The position numbers were made by a program, and so were the translations under genes. DNA of 52,756 nt from contig DAOVGF010000021.1 in the NCBI GenBank assembly GCA_030672545.1, forward strand, positions 1-52,756, given 5' to 3'. Positions 35,550 to 44,344 of the stretch are shown here, in pieces (position 1 is the first letter of the stretch; every line of letters starts with the position of its first letter). The notes under the pieces are model-generated. The model saw only the letters and a list, made by a program, of their open reading frames with translations. It did not search any database and had not been told where the DNA came from. Origin of the DNA: Candidatus Aerophobota bacterium. GTDB lineage: Bacteria; Aerophobota; Aerophobia; Aerophobales; Aerophobaceae.

Positions 35550-36332
35550 TCATATTGTTTCTTCGGTAACCCGTTGGGAAACATGCCAAGGAATAGTTAT
35601 TCTTTCTATAAGTTCAATAGAATAAAAAAAGACCAGACCTATGGAAATAAGCACTATAAGAACGGCAAAGAACAACTGGGTATTTAAATCCCCCTTGGCC
35701 ACTAAAAGGAGATAACCCAATCCATCCGAGGCTCCTATGAATTCAGCTACTATTGCTCCTATGGTAGCTGAGATTGCCGAGAGCTTCAATCCAGCAAAAA
35801 TTGTAGGAAGAGCACTGGGGATTTTGATCTTTATTAGAGAAGCCAGAGGTTTACTTCCCATAGAAAGTGACAAACGTTTTATATCCTCCTCGATAGAAGC
35901 AAAACCAACGATGGAGTTGATTACGATAGGAAAAAAACACATCAGGAAAGTAAGCAGGAGCCGAGGTTTATAGTCGAATCCCATCCAAATGACAAACAGG
36001 GGACCAAGAGCAATCTTGGGAATGAGTTGAAGGAAAACAATTACCGGATAAACGGAGCGAGTAAAGATTTTTGAAGAGGTAATACTTAAAGCAAGAGGTA
36101 TTCCTACAATGACTCCTATGCCGAATCCTCCCAGAATGATTTTGGTAGTGGCAATAGCATTCCTGCTTATGGTATTTCCCCACCTACGGAATAATGTTAA
36201 GATAACTTCTACCGGGGTAGGCATAATCCAATCCGGGATTTTCAGAACGGTAACTATTACTTGCCAACCAACGACAAGAAAAAAAAAGGTCAAAAATACC
36301 TGAAGATATTTATTAAAAGACTTTTTCTCCAT
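35550..36332 (-). CDS. ABC transporter permease (NitT/TauT family)
   Basis: Six TM helices are predicted. The BPD-transporter loop is EEDIKRLSLSMGSKPLASLIKIKIPSALP. Confidence 0.85.
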   Translation of the reverse strand: MEKKSFNKYLQVFLTFFFLVVGWQVIVTVLKIPDWIMPTPVEVILTLFRRWGNTISRNAIATTKIILGGFGIGVIVGIPLALSITSSKIFTRSVYPVIVFLQLIPKIALGPLFVIWMGFDYKPRLLLTFLMCFFPIVINSIVGFASIEEDIKRLSLSMGSKPLASLIKIKIPSALPTIFAGLKLSAISATIGAIVAEFIGASDGLGYLLLVAKGDLNTQLFFAVLIVLISIGLVFFYSIELIERITIPWHVSQRVTEETI

Positions 36333-36425
36333 AGGCTATAAGTCCCTAATTTAATTTACCATTCATTTTACCATTTGTCAAAAATATTAAATTTTCTCTA
36401 ACGCTAATGGCTACGTAACCTCGGC

Positions 36426-36454
36426 TTGACTTTTAGTAAAGAGAAGCCTATAAT
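36426..36454 (+). promoter_or_regulatory. Near-consensus sigma70-type promoter upstream of glyQ
   Basis: TTGACT (36426-36431), a 17-nt spacer, then TATAAT (36449-36454). Confidence 0.5.
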
Positions 36455-36504
36455 TTTATTTGTAACAGGTAAGCTTTACTAAAAGGCGAGATTCAGGGAG
36501 CTTT

Positions 36505-36531
36505 GGGTGTCCCTAAGGGAACCCCTTTTTT
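36505..36531 (+). terminator. Hairpin plus T-run (intrinsic terminator/attenuator-like) in the glyQ leader
   Basis: GGGTGTCCC-TAA-GGGAACCCC forms 8 bp with one bulge and is followed by TTTTTT. It lies about 45-70 nt downstream of the predicted transcription start. Confidence 0.4.
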
Positions 36532-36537
36532 GGTGAA

Positions 36538-36636
36538 GATAGAGTGGTAGCCGCAGGCTTTGGTTCCTCTATTATGGTCTGGTAGCCGCAGGCTTTAGCC
36601 TGCGTTTATTTGCGCAAGTTAAAACTTCCGGCTACC
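36538..36636. repeat. REPIN-like locus e (one truncated unit plus one full doublet)
   Basis: GATAGAGTGGTAGCCGCAGGCTTTGG is followed by GGTAGCCGCAGGCTTTAGCCTGCGTTTATTTGCGCAAGTTAAAACTTCCGGCTACC. Confidence 0.9.
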
Positions 36637-36684
36637 AAAAATAGTGGTTGGTTACTTTGTAGATTTCTGAAAGCTTAGGGGTGG

Positions 36685-37539
36685 GTGATGATGGATTTTC
36701 AGGATATTTTTATTACTCTTCAGGACTACTGGAGGAAACAGGGTTGTTTAGTCCTTCAACCATATGATGTGGAAAAGGGAGCGGGAACCTTTAATCCGGC
36801 CACTTTCCTGCGAGTTCTGGGTCCACGTCCCTGGAGAGTTGCCTATGTTGAACCTTCTCGGCGACCCGCTGATGGAAGATACGGGGAAAATCCCAATCGC
36901 CTGCAGCTTCATTTTCAATTTCAGGTAATTGTGAAACCTTCTCCTGACGATGTTCAGGAAATCTATCTGCAAAGTCTGAAAACTCTGGGAATAGATGCTT
37001 GCCATCATGACATTAAGTTTATTGAAGATGACTGGGAGTCTCCTACCCTGGGAGCTTGGGGGTTGGGTTGGGAAGTTAGATTAGATGGAATGGAGATTAC
37101 TCAGTTTACTTACTTTCAGCAGGTGGGTGGATTTGATTTGAGCCCCATTTCTGTGGAGTTGACCTATGGTTTAGAACGGATAGCTATGTGTGTGCAGGGA
37201 GTAAACAATATTTTTGACTTAAAGTGGAACGGCTATTTCACCTATGGTGATTTACGGCGGGAGAGTGAAATTGAGTTTTCCCGCTACAATTTTGAGGAAG
37301 TTAATCCTTCTGTTCAAGTTCAGCTCTTCCAGATTTATGAGGAAGAAGCCAAAAAATTGATAGACAAGGGATTGTTTTTACCAGCTTATGATTATGTCCT
37401 CAAATGTTCGCATACTTTTAATCTGCTTGACGCCAGAGGTGCCCTGGGTGTAACTGAGAGAGAAAGATTCATTAAGAGAGTGCGTCGTCTAGCCAACGGA
37501 TGTGCCGCCCACTACCTGGATTATTCTTCCAGGTCATAA
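36685..37539 (+). CDS. glyQ: Glycine--tRNA ligase alpha subunit
   Basis: [17 protein letters not shown]...[19 protein letters not shown] is the highly conserved GlyQ N-terminus. Confidence 0.95.
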   Translation: MMMDFQDIFITLQDYWRKQGCLVLQPYDVEKGAGTFNPATFLRVLGPRPWRVAYVEPSRRPADGRYGENPNRLQLHFQFQVIVKPSPDDVQEIYLQSLKTLGIDACHHDIKFIEDDWESPTLGAWGLGWEVRLDGMEITQFTYFQQVGGFDLSPISVELTYGLERIAMCVQGVNNIFDLKWNGYFTYGDLRRESEIEFSRYNFEEVNPSVQVQLFQIYEEEAKKLIDKGLFLPAYDYVLKCSHTFNLLDARGALGVTERERFIKRVRRLANGCAAHYLDYSSRS

Positions 37540-37655
37540 TTTTACCTTCCTGCTTTTTAACTCTTGCTTCACCGAGGGCGACTGAAGTCACCCCTACCCA
37601 CAAGTGGGTTGTTTAAGATTTTGGGGGTTGAATTAGACTACTCAAGGAGATAGAG

Positions 37656-39746
37656 ATGCCCGGAACAGTGCTTCTGGAAGTAGCGGTAGAAGACTTTCCT
37701 CCTTTAACTGTCAAGACGGTCCTTACCCAGATGGAAGAAAAGGGTAGAGTTCTTCTTTCCTCCTATCGGTTGGATTATGAAAGAATTAAAGTTCTGGGGA
37801 GTAGCCGTCGTTTAATTTTCTGGCTGGAGGGGGTCCCTCCTCAGCAGAGGGACAGAGTAGAAAAAGAAATAGGACCACCCTATCGGATGGTTTTTGATGA
37901 GAAGGGAAATCTTACTCCTTCCGGGGAAAAATATTTACGGGCCCGAAGAGTCAACCGGAGCGAATTGGGAGTTGAGAGACTTCAGAAGGGCAAGTATGTC
38001 TATATAAGAAGAGTGACGGTCGGGAAAAAGACTGTTGACATTTTGCCTTTGTTTTTTCGGAAGCTAATTAAGTCACTTCGATTTACCAAGTCTATGAAAT
38101 GGGGCAGCTACAATTTTTCTTTTGGTCGGCCCATCAGGTCAATTTTAGCTCTCTATGACTCTCAAATCGTAGAATTCCAGATTGCTGGAGTAAGTGCGGG
38201 AAGAAAAACCAGAGGCCATCGTTACTTATCTCCTTCTCCTATGGAGATTGCTACTCCCCAGGAGTATGTTTCGCGTCTCCGGAAAAGGAGCGTTATAGTA
38301 GATCCAGAGGAAAGAAGAAAATCAATTCTGAGACAGATGAAGAAGATTCTCTCATTCTTGAGTGAAAAGGAAGAAAAAGTTACAATTTTGGAAGATAGTC
38401 AACTTCTGGAGGAGATGGTTTATCTGGTGGAGCATCCCACAATTTTCTGGGGAAGGTTCGATTCCCGATTTCTTTCTCTTCCTTTTCCGATACTCCAGGC
38501 CTGTTTGCGGGATTACCAGAAACATTTTACCGTAGTCGGTTCTCATGGTCCCCTTTCTTACTTTGTGGGAGTGAGAGAGGGAGACGAAAATTACCTTGAT
38601 GAAGTGGTTTCTGGTAATAGTCGGGTTATTGATGCTCGTCTCACTGATGCCAAATTTTTCTTTGAGGAAGATAAAAAAGTTTCTCTGGCCAAGCGGGTTC
38701 CTTCTTTGAAAACAGTGATTGTCCAGGACAAGTTGGGAAGTTATTATGATAAAGTTCAGCGTTTGATGGAGCTTTCCGCCCGAGTAAGTGAACACCTCTC
38801 CCTGTTAGAGTGCCAAAAAATTAGACTGGTCCGGGCCGCCTTTCTTTGTAAAGCAGACCTTCTTACTAATGTGGTTAAGGAATTCCCTGGACTTCAGGGG
38901 ATTATGGGTGAAGTATATGCTCTTCAAGGGAAAGAGGATCCTACGGTGGCCCAGGCAATTGCTGAACATCGGATGCCTCATTTCAACGGTGATGAGTGCC
39001 CAAGCACAGTTGAAGGAGCTGCTCTGGCCATCGTTGATAAATTGGATACTTTGGTAGGTTCCTTTTGGGCTGGTTTTATTCCTTCCACTTCGGAGGATCC
39101 CTGGGGATTACGTCGAGAGGCTCAAGCGATCTTTGAGATTGTGGAGAAAAGAAAATGGCCGTTTTCTCTTGATTACCTGATGGGAAAAAATTTGGAACTC
39201 TACAGCCAAAGTGTGGAAGCAGAAGCCCGGCTTAGAGAATTCTTTCGCAGCAGGTTGATTAATTACCTTCGAGGAAAGGAACTGTCGGTAGATTTGATTC
39301 GGGCGGTAATAAAAGGTTTCTTTGGGGATCTGGGAGGGGTATTTCAAAAAGCTCTTGTTTTAAAGCAAATTTCCCTCCGAAGAAACTTCAAAGGGGAAGT
39401 AATAGCTATTGTGCGCCTGTTGAATATATTGAAACAAGCTTCTGGTCGGAGAATTATTATTCCCCCTAAAACAAGGGAGGAACTTCTTGAAATACAGGAA
39501 GAGAAGATTCTTTACGAAAAATGGGGAAAAATGAAAACGCAGGTGGAGAATCTTGTAAGTGAGGGTCACTATTGGGAGGGATACCAGAATCTTATTCAAT
39601 TAAAAGAGTATATTCACAATTTCTTTGAAAAAGTTCTGGTTATGTGTGAGGATGAAAACCTAAGGGACAATCGTTTAGCTTTGCTCAGAGAAATTGGAGG
39701 CGTTTTTAACCGAATTGCTGATTTCACCCAAATTCAGGTAAATTAG
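37656..39746 (+). CDS. glyS: Glycine--tRNA ligase beta subunit
   Basis: The 696-aa gene lies directly downstream of glyQ. LLEVAVEDFPP, MKWG and the EHRMPHF-type motifs are typical of GlyS. Confidence 0.9.
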   Translation: MPGTVLLEVAVEDFPPLTVKTVLTQMEEKGRVLLSSYRLDYERIKVLGSSRRLIFWLEGVPPQQRDRVEKEIGPPYRMVFDEKGNLTPSGEKYLRARRVNRSELGVERLQKGKYVYIRRVTVGKKTVDILPLFFRKLIKSLRFTKSMKWGSYNFSFGRPIRSILALYDSQIVEFQIAGVSAGRKTRGHRYLSPSPMEIATPQEYVSRLRKRSVIVDPEERRKSILRQMKKILSFLSEKEEKVTILEDSQLLEEMVYLVEHPTIFWGRFDSRFLSLPFPILQACLRDYQKHFTVVGSHGPLSYFVGVREGDENYLDEVVSGNSRVIDARLTDAKFFFEEDKKVSLAKRVPSLKTVIVQDKLGSYYDKVQRLMELSARVSEHLSLLECQKIRLVRAAFLCKADLLTNVVKEFPGLQGIMGEVYALQGKEDPTVAQAIAEHRMPHFNGDECPSTVEGAALAIVDKLDTLVGSFWAGFIPSTSEDPWGLRREAQAIFEIVEKRKWPFSLDYLMGKNLELYSQSVEAEARLREFFRSRLINYLRGKELSVDLIRAVIKGFFGDLGGVFQKALVLKQISLRRNFKGEVIAIVRLLNILKQASGRRIIIPPKTREELLEIQEEKILYEKWGKMKTQVENLVSEGHYWEGYQNLIQLKEYIHNFFEKVLVMCEDENLRDNRLALLREIGGVFNRIADFTQIQVN

Positions 39747-39762
39747 GTACAGGAGAACTTAA

Positions 39763-40563
39763 ATGTCTCTAATTGCCGTTGAGATTCACCCTTGCGGGAG
39801 AACTTTTCATCTCTTTACCCGTCACGCTGACCTGAAAAAAGGTGATTGGTACCTTTTTAGAGAAAGTGACGGTCTGGGAGTTGGGTTAATAAAATCGATT
39901 ATCTTGGTGGAGATTAATGTTAACCAGGAGGACATTCTTGTAAGAAAGGCTGTTTCTGAAGATGTGAAGGAATGCGAAAGAAGGAGAGAGACTGAAGTTC
40001 AGGCCTTTGAGGTAGCTCGAGAACTAATCAGTCGACTGCGGCTTTCCATGAAACTTATTTTTATCCGCTACCCCCTGGAAAGCGACCGAATTACCTTTTA
40101 TTACACGGCCGGGCAAAGGGTGGATTTCCGAAAGTTGGTCAAAGAATTGGCTTCGGTTTTCAAGGTAAGAATTCAAATGCAGCAGGTTGGAGTGAGAGAT
40201 GAACCTCAGTTGTTAGGAGGATTGGGGATTTGCGGTCGAAGAGTTTGCTGTGCTTCTTTCTTGGCTTGCAAGAGGAATAAGTTAAATTCTGTGAGTTTGG
40301 AGGCCGCTCGGATTCAGAACTTGCCTTTGGTTTCCTCCAAGATTTCTGGAATATGTGGACGACTACGCTGCTGTCTGAATTTTGAATATGATATCTACCT
40401 CTCCTTAAAGAAAGATTTTCCCTCTTTGGGTAAGGTTATTTTCTGCCAGAAGGAACGGGTAAAGGTGGTGGGATATAATTACCTTCGAGGGACAGTCACT
40501 GTGGAAACCGAGGAAGGATTAAGGAAAGTAGTGAAAAAAGAGGATGTTATTGAGCAGAATTAA
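39763..40563 (+). CDS. PSP1 domain protein (YaaT/RicT-like)
   Basis: The motifs ITFYYTAGQRVDFRKLVKELASVFKVRIQMQQVGVRD and the Cys-rich CGRRVCCASF...CGRLRCCLNFE are typical of PSP1 C-terminal domains. Confidence 0.8.
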   Translation: MSLIAVEIHPCGRTFHLFTRHADLKKGDWYLFRESDGLGVGLIKSIILVEINVNQEDILVRKAVSEDVKECERRRETEVQAFEVARELISRLRLSMKLIFIRYPLESDRITFYYTAGQRVDFRKLVKELASVFKVRIQMQQVGVRDEPQLLGGLGICGRRVCCASFLACKRNKLNSVSLEAARIQNLPLVSSKISGICGRLRCCLNFEYDIYLSLKKDFPSLGKVIFCQKERVKVVGYNYLRGTVTVETEEGLRKVVKKEDVIEQN

Positions 40564-41542
40564 GGCTCTGGCGCTTCTTTCCGGAGGACTGGATAGTCTT
40601 TTAGCTATAAAATTGGTTCAAGCCGAGGGAATAGAAGTAGAAGGTATTTGTTTTACTTCTCCTTTCTTTGGAGCAGAAAGAGCAGAGAAAGGGAGCCGTT
40701 ATTTAGGTATCCCTCTCCACCTGCAGCAAATTGGCCAGGAGCTTATTTCTCTCCTTCGTTCTCCTCCTCACGGCTTTGGTAAAGGGGCTAATCCGTGCAT
40801 AGATTGCCATATTCTGATGATAAAAAAAGCCGGCGATCTAATACGCCGGAGAGAGCTGGATTTTCTTATCAGTGGTGAAGTACTGGGGCAGCGGCCCAAA
40901 TCTCAGAGCCGTTGGGCTCTTGAACTGATAAGCCGAAAATCAGAATGGGGAGACTTGCTCCTGCGTCCTCTTACGGCTAAAAATCTTTCTCCCACTCTTC
41001 CAGAAAGAAAAGGCTGGGTGAGAAGGGAAAAGCTAGGGGGGATAAAAGGAAGGAGCCGTTTATCTCAACTGGAGTTAGCTTCAAAATTTGGTCTCAAGGA
41101 TTTTCCTGCTCCCTCAGGGGGTTGCCTTTTAACCGATCCTATTTTTTCCCGACGTATGAAAGATATTCTCTCTCATAGTCAACTTGACCTCTGGGAAGCA
41201 GAATTACTTAAAGTGGGCCGACACTTTCGACTTAATGCTCACACCAGGGCAATTGTGGGAAGAAATCAAAAGGAAAATAGCCTTCTTTTGAAACTGACTC
41301 GTCCTGGAGAGCTTATTTTTAGAGCGAGAGATTACCCCGGCCCGGTGGCTCTTTTGAAAGGAGAGTTCGAGGAAGAGGAAATATTGAAAGTGGCTTCGTT
41401 AACTCTTCGTTACAGCGATGTTTCATCTGGGCCTGCGGTAGTGGAATATAAGTTTTCAGATAGTGAGGAGAAAAAATGGGTTGAGGTGGTTTCTCTCTCT
41501 GATAAGGAAGTGGATTCTCTGAGAATTGGGGGAGAAAAATAA
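40544..41542 (+). CDS. PP-loop ATP-pyrophosphatase family protein (ThiI/MnmA-like tRNA thiolation-type enzyme)
   Basis: The PP-loop is LLSGGLDSLLA and a CIDCH motif is conserved. The exact family is not resolved by eye. Confidence 0.6.
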   Translation: MLLSRIKALALLSGGLDSLLAIKLVQAEGIEVEGICFTSPFFGAERAEKGSRYLGIPLHLQQIGQELISLLRSPPHGFGKGANPCIDCHILMIKKAGDLIRRRELDFLISGEVLGQRPKSQSRWALELISRKSEWGDLLLRPLTAKNLSPTLPERKGWVRREKLGGIKGRSRLSQLELASKFGLKDFPAPSGGCLLTDPIFSRRMKDILSHSQLDLWEAELLKVGRHFRLNAHTRAIVGRNQKENSLLLKLTRPGELIFRARDYPGPVALLKGEFEEEEILKVASLTLRYSDVSSGPAVVEYKFSDSEEKKWVEVVSLSDKEVDSLRIGGEK

Positions 41543-42333
41543 TGCTTTGGATTTTCGATCTGGATGGGGTAGTCTACCGAGGTAAAACTTTATTGTCCGG
41601 AGCTAAGAAAACCTTAAATATACTTGAGGAAAGAGGTGAGGAAATTTGTTTTCTTAGCAATAACTCTACTCAGAGTCGACGCAGTCTTCAGGGTAAGTTA
41701 GTCCGGATGGGAATTAAAGTGAAACAAAGTCAACTTTTTCCTTCTTCTTATCTAGCGGCAATTTATTTTTCCCAGAATCCCCGTCGCCGGAAAGCCCGAT
41801 TGATGGTTATAGGAGAAAATGGGTTGGATGAGGAATTAAGAGGAGCTGGATTGAAAGCTATCCAGGAGTCAGACACGGCAGATTATGTACTGGTGGGTAT
41901 GGACAGAAAGGTTGATTTTCCAGTTCTCTGCCAGGCTCATCGAGCTGTCTTGAAAGGAGCCCGGCTAATTGCTACTAATACCGATGCTACTTACCCCATA
42001 GAAGGGGAAACTATGCCCGGGGCAGGTGTTATCGTGAGAGCCCTGGAAGTATCAACAGGGAAGAGGGCTCTGGTGTTGGGTAAACCCCATCCTTTCGGAC
42101 TTAGGATGATAATGAAGATCAAAGGATATAAGGACCCCCGGCAGGTAGTACTGGTGGGTGATCGTTTGGAAACTGATATAGCTACTGGAAAAAAAGTGGG
42201 AGTGATAACCGTGCTGGTCCTTTCTGGAATCTCTAACCGGCAAGAGGCAAAAGCTATGTATCCTCGCCGGCAGCCGGATTATGTAATTTCCTCTTTGAGA
42301 GAACTTCCTGCTTTGAAATTCTTTCGTCAATAA
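41542..42333 (+). CDS. HAD-IIA family hydrolase (NagD-like sugar phosphatase)
   Basis: FDLDGVVYRG is motif I, LSNNS is motif II and GDRLETDI is motif IV. Confidence 0.8.
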   Translation: MLWIFDLDGVVYRGKTLLSGAKKTLNILEERGEEICFLSNNSTQSRRSLQGKLVRMGIKVKQSQLFPSSYLAAIYFSQNPRRRKARLMVIGENGLDEELRGAGLKAIQESDTADYVLVGMDRKVDFPVLCQAHRAVLKGARLIATNTDATYPIEGETMPGAGVIVRALEVSTGKRALVLGKPHPFGLRMIMKIKGYKDPRQVVLVGDRLETDIATGKKVGVITVLVLSGISNRQEAKAMYPRRQPDYVISSLRELPALKFFRQ

Positions 42334-42337
42334 AGGG

Positions 42338-42616
42338 CTCGGGACATTCTCCTTTGCTCCGGTGATACTCTTCATAGTCCGCCCTGTCCTCGGTGTTTTC
42401 CCCGTTGCGAAACGGGTTCTACTTTTATCTGGGTACCGCGGCTCAAAAGATTGTCAACTCAGGGGCATTCATGATACATGAATGCCAGAGGAAAAAGAAA
42501 AGTGGAGCAGTGATGCCCCGCCCTAACTTTCGCTTTCTTAGGAAAACACGCTCGGCGGGCAGAGAGAATCTCTAAAGATGAAGTATCAATATTGCATCAG
42601 GAGAATGGGCCTCGCT
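42338..42616. mobile_element. MITE-like non-coding element (same family as 30126-30307)
   Basis: The left arm is CTCGGGACATTCTCCTTTGCTCCGGTGATACTCTTCAT. The right arm is ATGAAGTATCAATATTGCATCAGGAGAATGGGCCTCGCT. CATTCTCCT, TGATACT and TCAT pair as inverted repeats. Internally there is a perfect 10-bp hairpin, GGCATTCATG-ATA-CATGAATGCC. Confidence 0.45.
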
Positions 42617-42655
42617 GAAGTAAAGGGCAATAAGAGGGTTGGGACATGAGACAGC

Positions 42656-42934
42656 CTAATAACGGATGGAGAAGCTTTTGAATTCACCTTGATGTTTCTC
42701 CCAGTCTACTTCCACTTCGTCTACCCTGGCTCCCGGAGGCCCTTGATGAGACCAATCGATCATTTCCTTCACCTGTTTTTCCTCTCCTTCCAATGCGGCT
42801 TCTACTCCACTACCCCACAAGTTTCTAACCCAGCCGTTAATTCCAAGTCTTAGAGCCAGGTCCCGAAGAGTAGCCCGGAAAAAAACTCCTTGGACTCGAC
42901 CCTTAATGAGCAGATGGGCTCGAACTTTCTTCAT
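42656..42934 (-). CDS. acyP: Acylphosphatase
   Basis: [12 protein letters not shown] and GWVRN are the acylphosphatase signatures. The ATG at 42934 is preferred over the upstream GTG. Confidence 0.85.
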   Translation of the reverse strand: MKKVRAHLLIKGRVQGVFFRATLRDLALRLGINGWVRNLWGSGVEAALEGEEKQVKEMIDWSHQGPPGARVDEVEVDWEKHQGEFKSFSIRY

Positions 42935-42986
42935 TATGCACACTCTTTTCTTGAATATACCAAAGATAGGCTATATGACAAGCCAG

Positions 42987-43065
42987 CGCTTGGCACATTC
43001 TCCTTTGCTCCGGTGATACTCTCGTTCCTCTGGTTCATTTCGTTCCTCTGGTTCTTCTGGTTTAG
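42987..43065. repeat. Solo MITE left arm followed by a 9-nt tandem array (5 units)
   Basis: ACATTCTCCTTTGCTCCGGTGATACTCT (42995-43022) is 28/28 identical to 42344-42371. It is followed by the units CTCGTTCCT CTGGTTCAT TTCGTTCCT CTGGTTCTT CTGGTTTAG. Confidence 0.85.
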
Positions 43066-43134
43066 AAAGACTGAATAGACAAGAAAAACAAGAGCTGGGG
43101 ACTTGACTATGAGTTATCTTCTGCTAAAGATTAT

Positions 43135-43782
43135 TTGGTTGATTTTTGGAGGAAACAGACGAGAACAAGTGGATTTACCCTGGTAGAGCTTTTAGTGGTT
43201 ATAGCTATCATAGTGGTGATAGTATCTATAGCCACTTTCAATTTTTTCCGGGTTACTCATCGAGCTAAAAGAGCTGCTGCAGCTTCTTTTATTGCTCAAT
43301 TAGAGATAGCCATCAGTGCCTACAAAATAGACGTGGGCAGCTATCCTTCCGACAATAAGGGATCTGCTTCCTTAAAAGCAGCTCTGGACCCTGAACCTGA
43401 GGACCCTATCTGGAATAACCCCCGCTGGAGAGGACCCTATCTGGAATTCAAAGCAGCAGATGTTAATTCAGTCTCTGGGCACCTTCTCGATCCCTGGTGC
43501 CGGAATCGAACAGATAGCCGGCGCATCTATTATTACAAGGTTGATAGTGATGCCGATCCGTCAACGGTACCTCCATTTCACAATCGGAGTAGTTTTGATA
43601 TTTACTGCCAGGGTTTTGATGGGAAAACCGGCACTAATGATAAAGACGCTGATGAATTTTTTGATGGAGCCTATTGCCAAAATGGGGTTGATGACGATGG
43701 TGATGGTGTGGTTGATGAAATTGACCCGAATGGAGCAGGAGCTGCCGATGGGTTTCTGGAAGATGATATAAATAATTGGTAA
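43135..43782 (+). CDS. Type II secretion major pseudopilin (GspG-like) with Asp-rich C-terminal insertion
   Basis: The prepilin motif is SG/FTLVELLVVIAII. The GspG-like core reads YKIDVGSYPS...WRGPYL...LDPW...FDIYCQGFDGKTGT...DDINNW. The start is a TTG. Confidence 0.8.
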   Translation: MVDFWRKQTRTSGFTLVELLVVIAIIVVIVSIATFNFFRVTHRAKRAAAASFIAQLEIAISAYKIDVGSYPSDNKGSASLKAALDPEPEDPIWNNPRWRGPYLEFKAADVNSVSGHLLDPWCRNRTDSRRIYYYKVDSDADPSTVPPFHNRSSFDIYCQGFDGKTGTNDKDADEFFDGAYCQNGVDDDGDGVVDEIDPNGAGAADGFLEDDINNW

Positions 43783-43814
43783 TTTCTTGAAGATACCTGA
43801 ACGTCGAGGAAAAA

Positions 43815-44318
43815 ATGAACTTTCCTCTTTCCAACACAGGATTAACATTAATTGAGTTAATAGTCGTTCTAGCCATTATTAGTGCAGTGGTTGCCTTTTC
43901 GACTCTTTCCCTGAAGAATTTTACTTCGGAGAGATATCTCAAAACTTCGGCCCGGGATATGGCTTCCACCATAAAGCGGGCTCGGCGCCTGGCTATAACT
44001 AAGAGAAAACCACATCGGGTTGTTTTTTCTTGTTCGGATGATAGCTACTGGATTGAGGACGATGAGAATAATAAGATTGGTAGAAGCTGGCAACTCAAGA
44101 GAAGGGTTCACTTCAGTAATCCTCATTTGGGTAAAAAGGGTGAAGAAGATGGGATTGTGGAGTTTGACGACCCTGAGGATGGGTCGCTTTCTTTCTATCC
44201 CCGAGGGTCAGCAGAAACTGGATCTATTTACCTACAAGAAAAGGGTAAGGGAGGGTGGTATACCCTTACGGTGGCCGGAATAACAGGATATGTAAGAATT
44301 TATCCGGAAAAACACTGA
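43815..44318 (+). CDS. Minor pseudopilin (GspH/FimT-like)
   Basis: The prepilin-type N-terminus is NTG/LTLIELIVVLAIISAVVAF. Size and position after the gspG-like gene fit. Confidence 0.65.
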   Translation: MNFPLSNTGLTLIELIVVLAIISAVVAFSTLSLKNFTSERYLKTSARDMASTIKRARRLAITKRKPHRVVFSCSDDSYWIEDDENNKIGRSWQLKRRVHFSNPHLGKKGEEDGIVEFDDPEDGSLSFYPRGSAETGSIYLQEKGKGGWYTLTVAGITGYVRIYPEKH

Positions 44319-44344
44319 GGAAACAAATTAAGAGAAGGTAGTTT

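Noticed and set aside
36333-36684. T-box riboswitch upstream of glyQS
   Set aside because: No T-box sequence, AG bulge or GNUGGNA-type elements were seen by eye, and the leader before the terminator-like hairpin is far too short. This needs a covariance-model scan to be definitive.
42393-42575. ORF 42393..42575 (+, 60 aa) between the HAD-IIA and acyP genes
   Set aside because: It lies inside the MITE-like element and spans its internal perfect hairpin. It has no RBS and no recognisable family.
43460-43972. Alternate-frame ORFs overlapping the pseudopilin genes (43460..43771, 43561..43848, 43634..43972)
   Set aside because: The annotated frames carry prepilin leader motifs and GspG/H core patterns. 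The overlapping frames are His/Ile-rich repeat translations of the Asp-rich coding segment.
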